In this document: one piece after another, positions 12,700 through 24,400 of the stretch | Position numbering within the stretch: position 1 is the stretch's first letter | Layout: each line of letters begins with the position of its first letter | Origin: Octopus sinensis | Lineage: Eukaryota | Assembly: GCF_006345805.1 (NCBI RefSeq) | Contig: NC_042997.1 | Coordinates: forward strand, 177,320,001-177,384,000 | Direction: 5' to 3' | Length of the DNA: 64,000 nt | Made by a program: the position numbers and the translations under genes | Notes under the pieces: model-generated | What the model saw: only the letters and a program-made list of their open reading frames with translations | Database searches by the model: none | Told to the model about the DNA's origin: nothing

Positions 12700-12990
12700 A
12701 ACGCGAGGGATAGTGGTAAAGCTATTGCATCCATGATCACTAGATCGAGGGTTCTAATCCAGGACCGAGCGGCGCGTTGTGTTCTTGAGCAAAACACTTC
12801 ATTTCATGTTGCTCCAACCCACTCATCTCTACATGGTTAACCCTACGACAGAATAACCCTCCAATCTGGGGGAATGTAGGCCTTCTCGCCTAGCCAGTGG
12901 GGTGGTATCATTCTAAGGCTAAAACAATGCAAAGTGCATAGTGACCAGCGATGTATAGCAATATCCGATAGTTTGGTCGATCCGTGATAT
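12700..12990 (+). mobile_element. Older third tRNA-headed SINE with CORE-like and degenerate V-like central segments
   Basis: ATAGTGGTAAAG (A box), GGTTCTAATCC (B box), GCGTTGTGTTCTTGAGCAAAACACTTCATTTC. Domain names are inferred from recalled consensus sequences. Confidence 0.55.
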
Positions 12991-13269
12991 AATATTATGA
13001 TTACATTAAATAATGTGTCCTTTCCCCTCTTTAAAACAGTATATAAAGCATTTTCAACCACTGTATCGCCGTACACGTGTAAACCAAGAATTTTTTTTTG
13101 GGTGGGGGGTGTCAGAATATGCCAGGATATTTAGAAAACTTAAGACATTTTATTCACCACACCAGCGCATGTGTACTCGCAACAAGACGCTATGTGTCGG
13201 CTCAATCCTGTTTTAAAGCAAAATTTAATTTTTTCTTTATACTGTCGTTTCTTTTTTAGGAAAAAGCCA

Positions 13270-13460
13270 GCAATTTTGAGGGGAAGGTTTTCTTCGATAA
13301 CAATCGACTCCAATTTTTGACAGGTATTTTCCTTTATCGACACCGAAATGATGAAAGGGAAAGTTGACCTCAATTCAGGTTAGAGGTCAGAATGTAAAGA
13401 ATCGGGAAAAATGCAGGAAAGCATCTTCTCCCCGACGATCTAACATTTTGCCGATTCTTC
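13270..13460 (-). mobile_element. Degenerate SINE A2
   Basis: TTATCGACACCGAAATGATGAAAGGGAAAGTTGACC body motif. Confidence 0.65.
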
Positions 13461-13621
13461 TTTCTTTTAAAAAAATCTAATAAAACTTTTATATCTTTAC
13501 AAGCAGTATAACTCGGCTTTGTCCGGAATTAAGTTAGGATTATTAAGCTAACCAAGTTCTTTATTTCAAACCAAACTAAGTAACATCGACGTCAAATTTG
13601 GGCGAAATCCGTTGAAATTGG

Positions 13622-13664
<43 letters not shown>

Positions 13665-13689
13665 GATAGATCGGTAGCCATTACACACA

Positions 13690-13856
13690 TTTGTTTCTCT
13701 ACTTGTTTCTCTCAGTTTCTTTCTGTGTTCCTTTCTGTGGAAGAGCGTAGGGTAGAAACGTTAAAGACTTTTTCAATTCCCGAGCGTTTAACTAATACAT
13801 CTGTTTGTTTTCTACACCACCTGTCTTCGTCTTTTGTTTTTTGGTGAATTCTCCCT

Positions 13857-13858
<2 letters not shown>
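13690..13858 (+). mobile_element. Penelope-like terminal-repeat fragment in (TA)n; second copy at 53870-54000
   Basis: CTGTGGAAGAGCGTAGG(GTA/CTC)GAAACGT..AAGAC..TTCCCGAGCGTT..GTCTTCG.CTTTTGTTTTTTG is shared by both copies. The repeat is directly visible; the PLE assignment is an inference. Confidence 0.5.
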
Positions 13859-13914
<56 letters not shown>

Positions 13915-14024
13915 ATATATATATATATATTATATGGGTATCACACACACATGCACACACGTACGTACGTACACCTATTGCATACATGTTTTTTGTACGC
14001 ATACATGTTCGTGTGTGTGGGTGT

Positions 14025-14210
14025 ATGCATATATATATGCACACACACACACAACGGGATTCTTTCAGTTTACGTCTACCAAATCCACTCACAATGCTTT
14101 GGTCGGCCCAAGGTTATAGTAGAAGATAGCTACCCAAGGTGCCACGCAATGGGTCTGAACCCTGGAACAATATGGGTGTGAGTTACAAGCAATCTTCTAA
14201 CTCACCTGCC
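14025..14210 (-). mobile_element. Degenerate SINE B 5' half
   Basis: TTCAGTTTACGTCTACCAAATCCACTCAC..CCCAAGGTGCCACGCA. Confidence 0.8.
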
Positions 14211-14323
14211 CTACATACACATGTCTACATAAATATAAACATACAGACATATGTTTGTATAACACACACACGCACACATGTACGCACGCACATTTGCACA
14301 TATATATGCACAAACAAATATGT

Positions 14324-14756
14324 AGGCGCAGGAGTGGCTGTGTGATAAGTAGCTAACTTACCAACCACATGGTTCCGGGTTCAGTCCCACTGCGTAGTAT
14401 CTTGGGCAAGTGTCTTGTACGATAGCCTCGGGCCGACCAATGCCTTGTGAGTGGATTTGGTAGACGGAAACTGAAAGAAGCCCGTCGTATATATGTATAT
14501 ATATGTGTGTGTGTGTATGTTGTGTGTGTGTGTGTGTGTGTGTATGTTTGTGTGTGTGTGTTTGTCCCTCTAGCATTGCTTGACAACCGATGCTGGTGTG
14601 TTTATGTCTCAGTCATCTAGCGGGTCGGCAAAAAAGACCGATAGAATAAGTACTAGGCTTACAAAGAATAAGTCCCGGGGTCGATTTTCTCGACTAAAGG
14701 CGGTGCTCCAGCATGACCGCAGTCAAATGACTGAAACAAGTAAAAGAGTAAAGAGT
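14324..14756 (+). mobile_element. Full-length SINE B (tRNA head, CORE-like segment, internal microsatellite, AAAGAGT tail)
   Basis: TGTGTGATAAG A box, GGTTCAGTCCC B box, CTTGGGCAAGTGTCTT, internal (TA)(TG)n, tail AAAAGAGTAAAGAGT. Confidence 0.92.
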
Positions 14757-14794
14757 ATATACATTCAAAATATGTTTTTTCCCTACAAGTATAT

Positions 14795-14952
14795 AGGTGC
14801 AGGAGTTGCTGTGTGGTAAGTAGCTTGCTTACCAACCACATGGTTCCGGGTTCAGTCCCACTGCGTAACAACATCTTGGGCAAATGTCTTCTACTATAGC
14901 CTCGGGCCGACCAAAGCCTTGTGAGTGGATTTGGTAGACGGAAACTGAAAGA
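14795..14952 (+). mobile_element. SINE B 5' half, tandem to the previous copy
   Basis: Same head, ending at GAAACTGAAAGA just before the internal microsatellite. Confidence 0.88.
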
Positions 14953-16509
14953 ATACAGTAGAATGTGAGATTGCTTAGGTTCCTGTGTGTTTCATTTGGT
15001 ATTTAATTTTTTTTTATTTAAACCAGGCAATGAAGTCTCAGTTCCATATCTCATTGCATTGTCTGTGAAACGGTATGGTGAAACAAACTTCGTTGCAAAA
15101 TGTTTCGACGATTTTTCTGTTGATTACTCACTGCTGATGTAAACCACATCGATTTACAAGACAGTGTAATGACACTTAACGTCGTCGTTTAAAAGCACAG
15201 ATTTAAAATAATAAAAAACACAACACAAATAATATTATTAGTTATTAATTTTGTATAATTATGCAGAACCAGTTACAATAGGAGATCGGCGTCGGTAAAA
15301 TACATTTAAAAACATTTCTCTTTGTTGTCAAATCAAAACATAGTAGTGATTGGTTGATTTTTCCTGGCAAGTTATGGAATTGAAAAAAAAAATGGAAAAG
15401 AAAATGAAAGGAAATCAGGGGTCATATTTCGGAGAAAACAACAATAATAAACTGAACAACAATTTCAAAAGTAAAATAATAGTCAATAATATCATTGAAA
15501 TGTTGGTTTCTTTTAACTAAGAACAAAACCAGTTTTAACAGAAATTATTGGCGTGGTATAAATCTGTGTTTGTGTCTATATAAACAATAGTTAAAGCCAA
15601 TTTGAATCGACTACAGTATACTACTAGCAATTATTTGATAGATTTTATATGCAAAACCGGCCCTGTTAGTACTTGAAATCAAACGGGATAAATGAAACTG
15701 AATAAAATTAAGTAATTGGGTGCGGCTCCCTCTTGTTTTGGTCCTCTTAACCATCAACCTTCATTGGGAGTAACGTTGATATTTCAATTTAAAACGGTGA
15801 GAATTAACCAATACAGTAGAATGTGAGAATGTTTAGACTCCTGTGTGTTTCTTTTGGCATTTAATTGTCAACTTCAGAATTCTGATTTCAAATTCCCTCC
15901 AGGATCGATATTACTTATTCGCTGTATCGATTAAATAAATACAAATAATAAAATAATATGGTGACTTTAAATTAGATTTTACACCACGTCTAAAAAGTGG
16001 ATCATGTCTTCAGTCAAAAGATACCAATATAAATATCCCAATTTTAATAATAATCACAGCCATGACGAGGCTAAGACTTTAATAGGCAATTAAAACCATA
16101 ATGAGGCTTAAATTTTAATAGTTTACTGAAAAAGGGCTTAGATATTGTTTGATATATTCCTAGCAGGATGAATAGCTTTATAAGAAAATTAAGAACGGAT
16201 AAATGTTGGGAAGGCTTTGATTTTTGAGTATAAAGCAAAAAGGTTATATTATACATTTTCCTCCTGACATTCTTTTCATGGATATAAAATGTCTTAAAAG
16301 TAATTTTTTTGTTTTGGATAAGCAAATTGCTTAAGAGAGTTTGGATAATTTTAATATCGCTAATGTTTTTCATTCGATTGCTTAAGGTTTGGATCATTAA
16401 CTAAACTCATAAATTATACAAGAAAATATTTTAATATTACTATAGTACAATCAAAGTTGAGTGAAGAGGGAAGTTTTAAAGGTCAAAGGTATTTCTGAAA
16501 TCATATTCG

Positions 16510-16565
16510 TTAAATAATAATAATAGTAATAATAATAATATAATAATAATAATAAATAATAATAA

Positions 16566-16599
<34 letters not shown>

Positions 16600-16815
16600 T
16601 AATAATAATAATAATAACAATAATAAATAATAATATAATAAATAATAATATAATAATATAATGATCATAATAATAAAATAATAATAATAATATAATAATA
16701 TATAATAATAAAATAATAATAATAATAATAATCATATATAATAATAATAATAATGATCATAATAATAATAATAATAATAATAATAATATAATAATAATAA
16801 TAATAATAATAATAA
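16510..16815. repeat. Imperfect (AAT)n microsatellite
   Basis: Direct reading. Confidence 0.95.
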
Positions 16816-17397
16816 AAGACAGGAAATGCAGAAATGGTCATTTTGAATGGTACTTGGCATCTTTTATGGTTCCTTTATTTTCCCCTCCCACCAAACATTC
16901 TAGAAATAAAAAAACAAAACAAAAAAAGATAAAAGCAATCATTTTGTTTTACAGTGTGCAGGTCAGATATATCGACGACACGCGCGAAACGTGCGTCGAA
17001 TAAAAGAAATTGCACTGAGTTGTGTTTACACATGTGTGTGTATGATGTGCGCACGCATGTGTATACTCACATACGCACGCACACATATATATATATGCAT
17101 GTATAATATATATATATACGTACGTATGTTTACAAATCTATATGTGCATATAATGTGTATATGTACCTATACATATAAACGTATAAATAATACATCTATA
17201 TATATATACACACACACACACAACATATATATAATATATATATATATATATATTATATATATTATATAATATATATATTATATATACATATATATATTGT
17301 ATATTTATACGTTTATATGTATAGGTACATATAGCATTATATGCACATATAGATTTGTATACATACGTACGTTATATATATATATATAATAATATAT

Positions 17398-17440
<43 letters not shown>

Positions 17441-17512
17441 TATATGTGGTCCCGGGTTGATTGGGGGTTAACCACAGTAAATAAGGTACTCAATACAAAG
17501 CAGAGTAAAATT

Positions 17513-17645
17513 AATTTATTATATAGAAGGAGCTTCTACAGGACTAGAACTGTTTCATTCAAGAGAAATCTTCAGAAGCTCATGAAGATTTCTCTTGAAT
17601 GAAACAGTTTCTAGTCCTGTAGAAGCTCCTTCTATATAATAAATT
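17513..17645. repeat. Near-perfect palindrome (arms about 62 bp, 8-nt loop), Penelope-like inverted terminus
   Basis: 17513-17574 is the reverse complement of 17583-17645 except for one extra base. Confidence 0.9.
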
Positions 17646-17676
17646 ATATATAATATATATATAGATATATATATAT

Positions 17677-17707
<31 letters not shown>

Positions 17708-17774
17708 TATATACATAATATACACACAACACGTATATATATATGTGTGTCTGTGTATGTGTGTGTATACATAC

Positions 17775-17817
<43 letters not shown>

Positions 17818-19221
17818 CATGTACGTATGTATGTATTTATGCAGGTGTGTGCGCATGTGAGCGTGTGTGCGTGGGCCAGGATATTTAATTTTAGTATACA
17901 TAAGTCACCAATGAACTTATCAACCAATCATCATACTTATCCCACCAACGAACCAATCAATACACCACATTGCGAAACTTAACACATTCGCCTATTTTCT
18001 GTTTTTTTTTAATTCTTTAATTATCGCTTTGACCTTTATCTTCATTTGTCTTTTTTATAAGACAAAATGAAGAACGAAAGGAGACATTATATATGTCTGT
18101 AAAAATATTTTTTCCTTTCGTTCACGTTAACTTTTCAATCGCTTCAAAAATTTCTTTCAGTATTTGCAGCTTTATTTCTTTTTGAAGAAAACGAATAGAA
18201 AAAGTAATACATGTGGTTTTAATTATTTATTTATATATATTTTTATTTAACAATATTTTTGTATTGTAAGAACAATTATAATTCTAACAGCATGAAGCAT
18301 CTATATAGGTATTTCCAAAAAAAAAAAGAGACCCATAAAAAGAGATATAGATAGACAGACAGACAGATAGATAAATGAATAGTTAGATAGACAGAGAGAT
18401 ATATAGATAAATAGATAGATAGAGAGAGAGAGAGAGAGAAAGAAAGAGAGAGTGAGAGAGAGAGATACGAATAGAGAGTAGAATAAAGAGAGATGGATAT
18501 GGAGGTACAAGGAAAGAGAGAGCGCGAAAAGGAATATATATTCAAGAATTTGATAATATTTATTGTGGTTAGCAAAATCTAACCAATTGGGAAAACGAGC
18601 AACAAGCAGATATTTTAGTATCAGCATTCTACTTAGTACTGGACTCGTAACCAAATTTCTCTGTAAGGCTTACATAGGAAGCAGAGTCTAAATATAGCTT
18701 TAACTACTCAAAGTCAAAAACATTACTACACAACAGAAGTATACAACCGCCATTGTCTTTAAATTCATTCTCGTTTAAAAGGCACCTTCTCCGTAAGATA
18801 TTTCGTTACCACTCATTATCAATGTAATTTAGTGCGGCGGTAACCGAAGTGTTAGGACTGTTTAACCCCTCTATATACCGGGTGCGCATGGTTCAAATTT
18901 AATTATAAGTAAACGTGTAAAAAGGCGAGGTTAAAATGTGGCAGATAATCCAGGAAACAAGCTCTACACAAAGCATCTGGTAAATTTATTATTACATTAC
19001 GTTTTTAGAATTTTTGCTTTGTTAATAAACTTTACTCTTGCTTTCGAGAAGAAAAAAAAAGTATAGTATTGAGAGAAAAACGAAAGAGAGAAAGAGAGAC
19101 AGAGAGAAAGAGAGAGGGAGAGAGAGAAAGAGAGGAAAAAATAACGACAAAAATAAGGATTATCCGAATGCATTTTCAAGGCAGTACATTTCATGTGTGT
19201 GTATGTGTACGTATGTGTATG

Positions 19222-19255
<34 letters not shown>

Positions 19256-19343
19256 CTATCATATATATATAGATATATTATATATATTATACATACATAT
19301 ATATATATATGTATATATATATGTATATATATTATATATATAG

Positions 19344-19391
<48 letters not shown>

Positions 19392-19599
19392 TATATATAA
19401 TATATAATATATATAATACATACACAAATATATGTATTACATGTATGGATGTGCATGTGAATTTCATATATTATATATATAACAACACATACACACACAT
19501 TATATACGTATAAAATGCATATATATACATATATATATATACATATTAGTGTGTGTGTGTGTGGATATATATACATATAATATTTATATAATATATTTG

Positions 19600-19644
<45 letters not shown>

Positions 19645-19863
19645 TTATAATATAGCATAAAATGCAGTATATTTTAAATTATTTTTATACTATGTAAAAT
19701 ATTTATATATATTAATGTATTTGTATTAAGTATATATATACTGCATTACATAATGTCTTAATATATACTATATTACTATATATTATGCACCTATGTATAA
19801 TATATATCATATATTGCGCATATATTGTATATGTACATATAATACATACATATATATATGTAC

Positions 19864-19930
<67 letters not shown>

Positions 19931-21058
19931 TTTTGTATAAAGGTACATACAGGTATACGTATTTATATACATATAATTTATGTATATGTTTAATTATATT
20001 TCTACTTAGTTTTAAAATAAATATTAAAAAAAATCGTAAGACTGGAATTTCAATAGATTATTTAAAGAGCCAGTGACACACCGAGGCAAAACCGGACCTG
20101 AACATCGTTTAAAAGTTAAAAGACCAATTACGTTACTAAACGTATAAGTTGGTAAAACCTTTAGAAATAAAAGAAGCTACGATCTGAGAGGTATAAGGAA
20201 CTATCTATGTCTTTTAAAAGTATATCTCTATCTATGTCTTTTAAAAGTATATCTCTATATATGCATATATATATAAAACTAATAAATTGATAGCTAGTTA
20301 TACATAAAGTTAAATCAAAGCTCCATGTCTGTGTTCAGTGGCGATGCGTTAATGGTTGTGCGCCATCTTAAACATGGAGTTATAATAGTTTAAATTACAT
20401 GAATAAATCTAGGTACAAATTACGGTATGTGATCCCTTCACAAAAAAGAAGGGAGGAAATATAGGGTAGAGAGTGTTATTTAGATTTGCAATTAGAAGTC
20501 TTTTTAGTTAAATACTGAAATAGGGTATCTGGGTTGCAGGGTACCTCAGTCTGGTACGCTTTTTTAAATGGAAGTAATAGTTTTTATAACCAGCACTTCA
20601 CGGTATGTATTTACACACACACGCACACACACACATACACACACATGTATATATGTGAATTTGAATATATATGTATACATATATATAAAGATATATAATA
20701 TATATGTACTTGTATATATATATACATATATATATATATACATACATATATATATATGTATGTATATGTATATATATCTATATCTATATATATATATGTA
20801 TACACACACACACACATATATATGCACAAATACATATACAGATATATACATTTACATACATATATATACATACATACATATATATGTATATAGTTATAGA
20901 TACGCATGCAGTTATAGATATACATATATATGTTAAAGATACATACATGCATATTATATATATATATAGACACACGTGTGAGTGTGCATACGAAAGAAGG
21001 GCACTGAACCAATTTATTATATATCCGTATATATATATATATATATAACTATACATAA

Positions 21059-21136
<78 letters not shown>

Positions 21137-21617
21137 CATATATATTATTATAGATACACATATATATGTTCTATACATATTTGAATGTTTACACTATCAG
21201 CTTATAAGAAGAAAATGCAAAAAGGTTATAAAACAAGCCCTATGTTTTTAATATAGTTAGAAAAGTTTAGTCTTTTAAGAAATATTAAGTATTTTCAAAA
21301 GTTTATGACAGAAAATAAGCAACAATTGTTGCATGTTTTGCGAGGTTAGTTTAGGATCTTTTAAAAAGGTTATTGTGTTATCTTAAGCTACAAAGTCTTG
21401 TTTGATACACGGTTGTAGTAAAACTACAATGTAAAGATTCGCTATCAGTTCTCGAATAATCATGTCATTGTAGAAAAGTTTTGTTTGGCTCCAATAGAAG
21501 AGTGAGACATTAATCGATTGAAGCGAAAAAAATGTTTATGTCAAAATATAGTTTATATGTAGAGGCTTTGTATATAGATATATATGTATATATATATATA
21601 TATTATATATATATAAT

Positions 21618-21648
<31 letters not shown>

Positions 21649-22071
21649 TATATTAGAAGAAATGAGGTACTCAGAAATCCGGATGGTTTATATTTACAGA
21701 TATTTATCAGTATGTTACATGCTTTTATACATCATATATCATATATTATATATTAGTGATTTCGTCCATTGTACTGGAGACATTGTAGTGGAGTCTTCAA
21801 ATTGAACTTAGTCGATCACATCTGTGACCCCAGCACTAATTTTTCTGTCAGGTAATTCCTCCATCCATCAGATTGTTACGTTACAGGACAAAAGGAAACA
21901 GTGACGTAAACCACATCGTTGTTTAGACGATGACCATAAGCATAAACAATGGTAAGAACACGAACAGAGACACATATGCTTATATGTAATACACACATAC
22001 TTATATGTAACTCTTGCACGCACACTCTCTCACACACACACACGCAAATACACACACACACACACATACAT

Positions 22072-22495
22072 TTACTCTTTTACTTGTTTCAGTCATTTGA
22101 TTGTGGCCATGCTGGAGCACCGCCTTTAGTCGACCCCAGGACTTATTCTTTGTAAGTACTTATTATATCGTTCTGTTTTGCCGAACCGCTAAGTTACGGG
22201 AACGTAAACACACTAGCATCGGTTGTCAAGCGATGTTGGGGAGACAAACACAGACAAACAAACGTATACATACGCACATACATTCATAAACACACACACA
22301 CACGCACACACACACATATATGTATACATATGTACGATGGGCTCCTTTCAGTTTCCGTCTACCAAATCCACTCACAAAGCTCTGGTTGTCCTGAGGCTAT
22401 AGTAGAAGACATTTGCCCAAGGTGCCACGCAGTGGGACTGAACACGGAACCATGTGGTTCATAAGCAAGCTACTTACCACACAGCCACTCCTGCG
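22072..22495 (-). mobile_element. Full-length SINE B
   Basis: Matches 14324-14756 in reverse orientation. Confidence 0.92.
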
Positions 22496-22544
22496 TATAT
22501 CAACGTGAATAATGTCTATATATATGTCAACACACGCACGATGA

Positions 22545-22947
22545 TGGTGGCACAAAGCTGGCAAGTTCAGGAGGGGGAGGAATAAATCGATTACGTCGGC
22601 CCCGAAAGGATGAAAGGCGAAGTCGACTCCATCGAAACTTGAACTCAGAAAGTAAAAACGGACGAAATGCCCCAAAGCATTTTGTCCGGCGTCCTAACGA
22701 TTCTGTCATTTCGCTGCTTTAATAATGATAATAATGCTTTCTACTATAGGCACGAGGCCTGAAATTTATGGGGAGGGGACTAATTGAAGAGATTGACCCC
22801 AGTGTTTCACTGGTACTTAATTTATCGACTCAGAAAGGATGAAAGGCAAAGTCGACCTCGGCGGAATTTAAACTGAGAACGTAGCGGCTGATGAAATACC
22901 ACTAAGTATTTCGTCCGGCGTGCTAACGATTCTACCAGCATACCGCC

Positions 22948-23015
<68 letters not shown>

Positions 23016-23230
23016 TCTTTTCAGTTTTGACACAAAGCCAGCAGTTTTGAAGGGAGGGATAAGTCGATTACGTCTATACCTGTACTGGACTTGTACTTTA
23101 TTTCCTCGACCCCGAAAGGGTGAAAGGTAAAAGTCATTCTTGGCTGAATTTGAACTCAGAACATAATGAGCTCGAACAAATGCCACAAAGCATTTTTTCG
23201 ATGTTCAAACGATTCTGCCAGCTCGCTGCT
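22545..23230 (-). mobile_element. Three tandem SINE A2 copies separated by (AAT)n tracts
   Basis: Bodies at about 22545-22715, 22735-22950 and 23015-23230, each with AAAGG(C/T)(A/G)AAGTC..TTGAACTCAG-type motifs. Confidence 0.8.
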
Positions 23231-23519
23231 CGATCTAAATTGAATACAGTATTTTATCAATCCTGGAAGGATGAAATAGCCGAAACAAATACCGTGAGAG
23301 GCACTAAAGCTTTTGTCACCAGATTATCTCCAACTGCCCAATCCTTGCTAATTCAGTGTATATTCATAGTTACGATCAGGTCGGAGGCTATTTCTACTAA
23401 GCAATACAGTGTAGTACAAGAACTGGCTTAAACATCTACCAAACACAGAACACAACAACAGCCTGGCCACAGTTATTTGAAATATTTCTGTTCAGATTGA
23501 CAACAAACATACCTTGATC

Positions 23520-23870
23520 AATGGATTCATATCAAGCCATGGATTGATTTATTCAAAACCAATCAAAAATTAATTAATACAACCAACCAACGTGTAGTTC
23601 ATCCATCCATCCGTCTTCTTGAATCATTAGTGTAACCATGCACCCGCCCAATATTTTTTGATCCCTCGACGAATCCACACTCTAATCCATTCATTTACTT
23701 ATCCATCTATCCATCAATCCATCCCTCCCTCCCTCCATCCATTCAGCAAACCAGCAACCCAGCCAACCACCCAGCTTTCCACCCATCCATTCATCTATGA
23801 ATCTGTTCGCCCATTCACTCCTCCAGCCAACCAGATATCCAACCACAAATACATTAATCCATAAATATAT
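23520..23870 (+). repeat. Dispersed (ATCC)-rich repeat, copy 1 (copy 2 at about 36050-36320)
   Basis: Shared strings TTAATTAATACAACCAACCAACG, TGTAACCATGCA, TTTTTTGATCC.TCGACGAATCCAC, ATGAATCTGTTCGC, CAGATATCCA. Confidence 0.8.
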
Positions 23871-23879
23871 TAATACAGT

Positions 23880-24400
23880 CTGGAATGGACTTTTCAGATT
23901 GGCAACGAGATCAAGACAAACCGTTCAGATAAAATGATTAAGGGCAGGGACGAAAGTGTGTGTACTCTGATACACATCTCAGTCTTTTCTGACTAAAACA
24001 TTGGCTAAAAAGAGAAGCTTTCAAAGAGTCTCGAAATTCAAGTAAGTAGGATGTGGAACATAAAAATGAGACAGAACGAATAATAATGGGAGCACTAGGT
24101 ATGATCAAAATATGAACAAAAGTATCATATGAAGCAGACAGGGCTTTCAATGTTACGTTCGCTCTAAAAGACGACCACACCTTTCTCAAGACATTTTCAA
24201 TGCATTAGAACAGGTCCAACAGTACAATCTCTGCACCCAACGCAAACCCTATGCAATAACTATCCTATTACTATACCTCAGTTCACGCGACGTATACTCT
24301 ACGGATTAGCTATTATAACACAATACATATTCTACGCAATCACTATTAAAATGTATCAAAAGCTCCTACCATTACATAATTGAAGCTCGACACTTCACAC
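23880..24400 (+). mobile_element. Degenerate R4/Dong-like non-LTR retrotransposon, restriction-like endonuclease region
   Basis: QIGNEIKTNRSDKMIKGRDESVCTLIHISVFSD..EKLSK..LEIQVSRMW, IIMGALGMIK and TIHILR resemble the PD-D-K RLE C-terminus. Confidence 0.65.

Noticed and set aside
16071-16397. 108-aa AT-rich ORF on the minus strand
   Set aside because: No recognisable motif; the K/I/L/F composition is what AT-rich non-coding DNA produces.
19193-19930. Irregular interruptions in long (TA)n tracts as a possible higher-order code
   Set aside because: Single-base indel patterns such as TATT and TAAT are better explained by slippage or long-read consensus errors.
20201-20254. 27-bp perfect tandem duplication
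   Set aside because: Real but ordinary slippage, or a possible assembly duplication; no sign of function.
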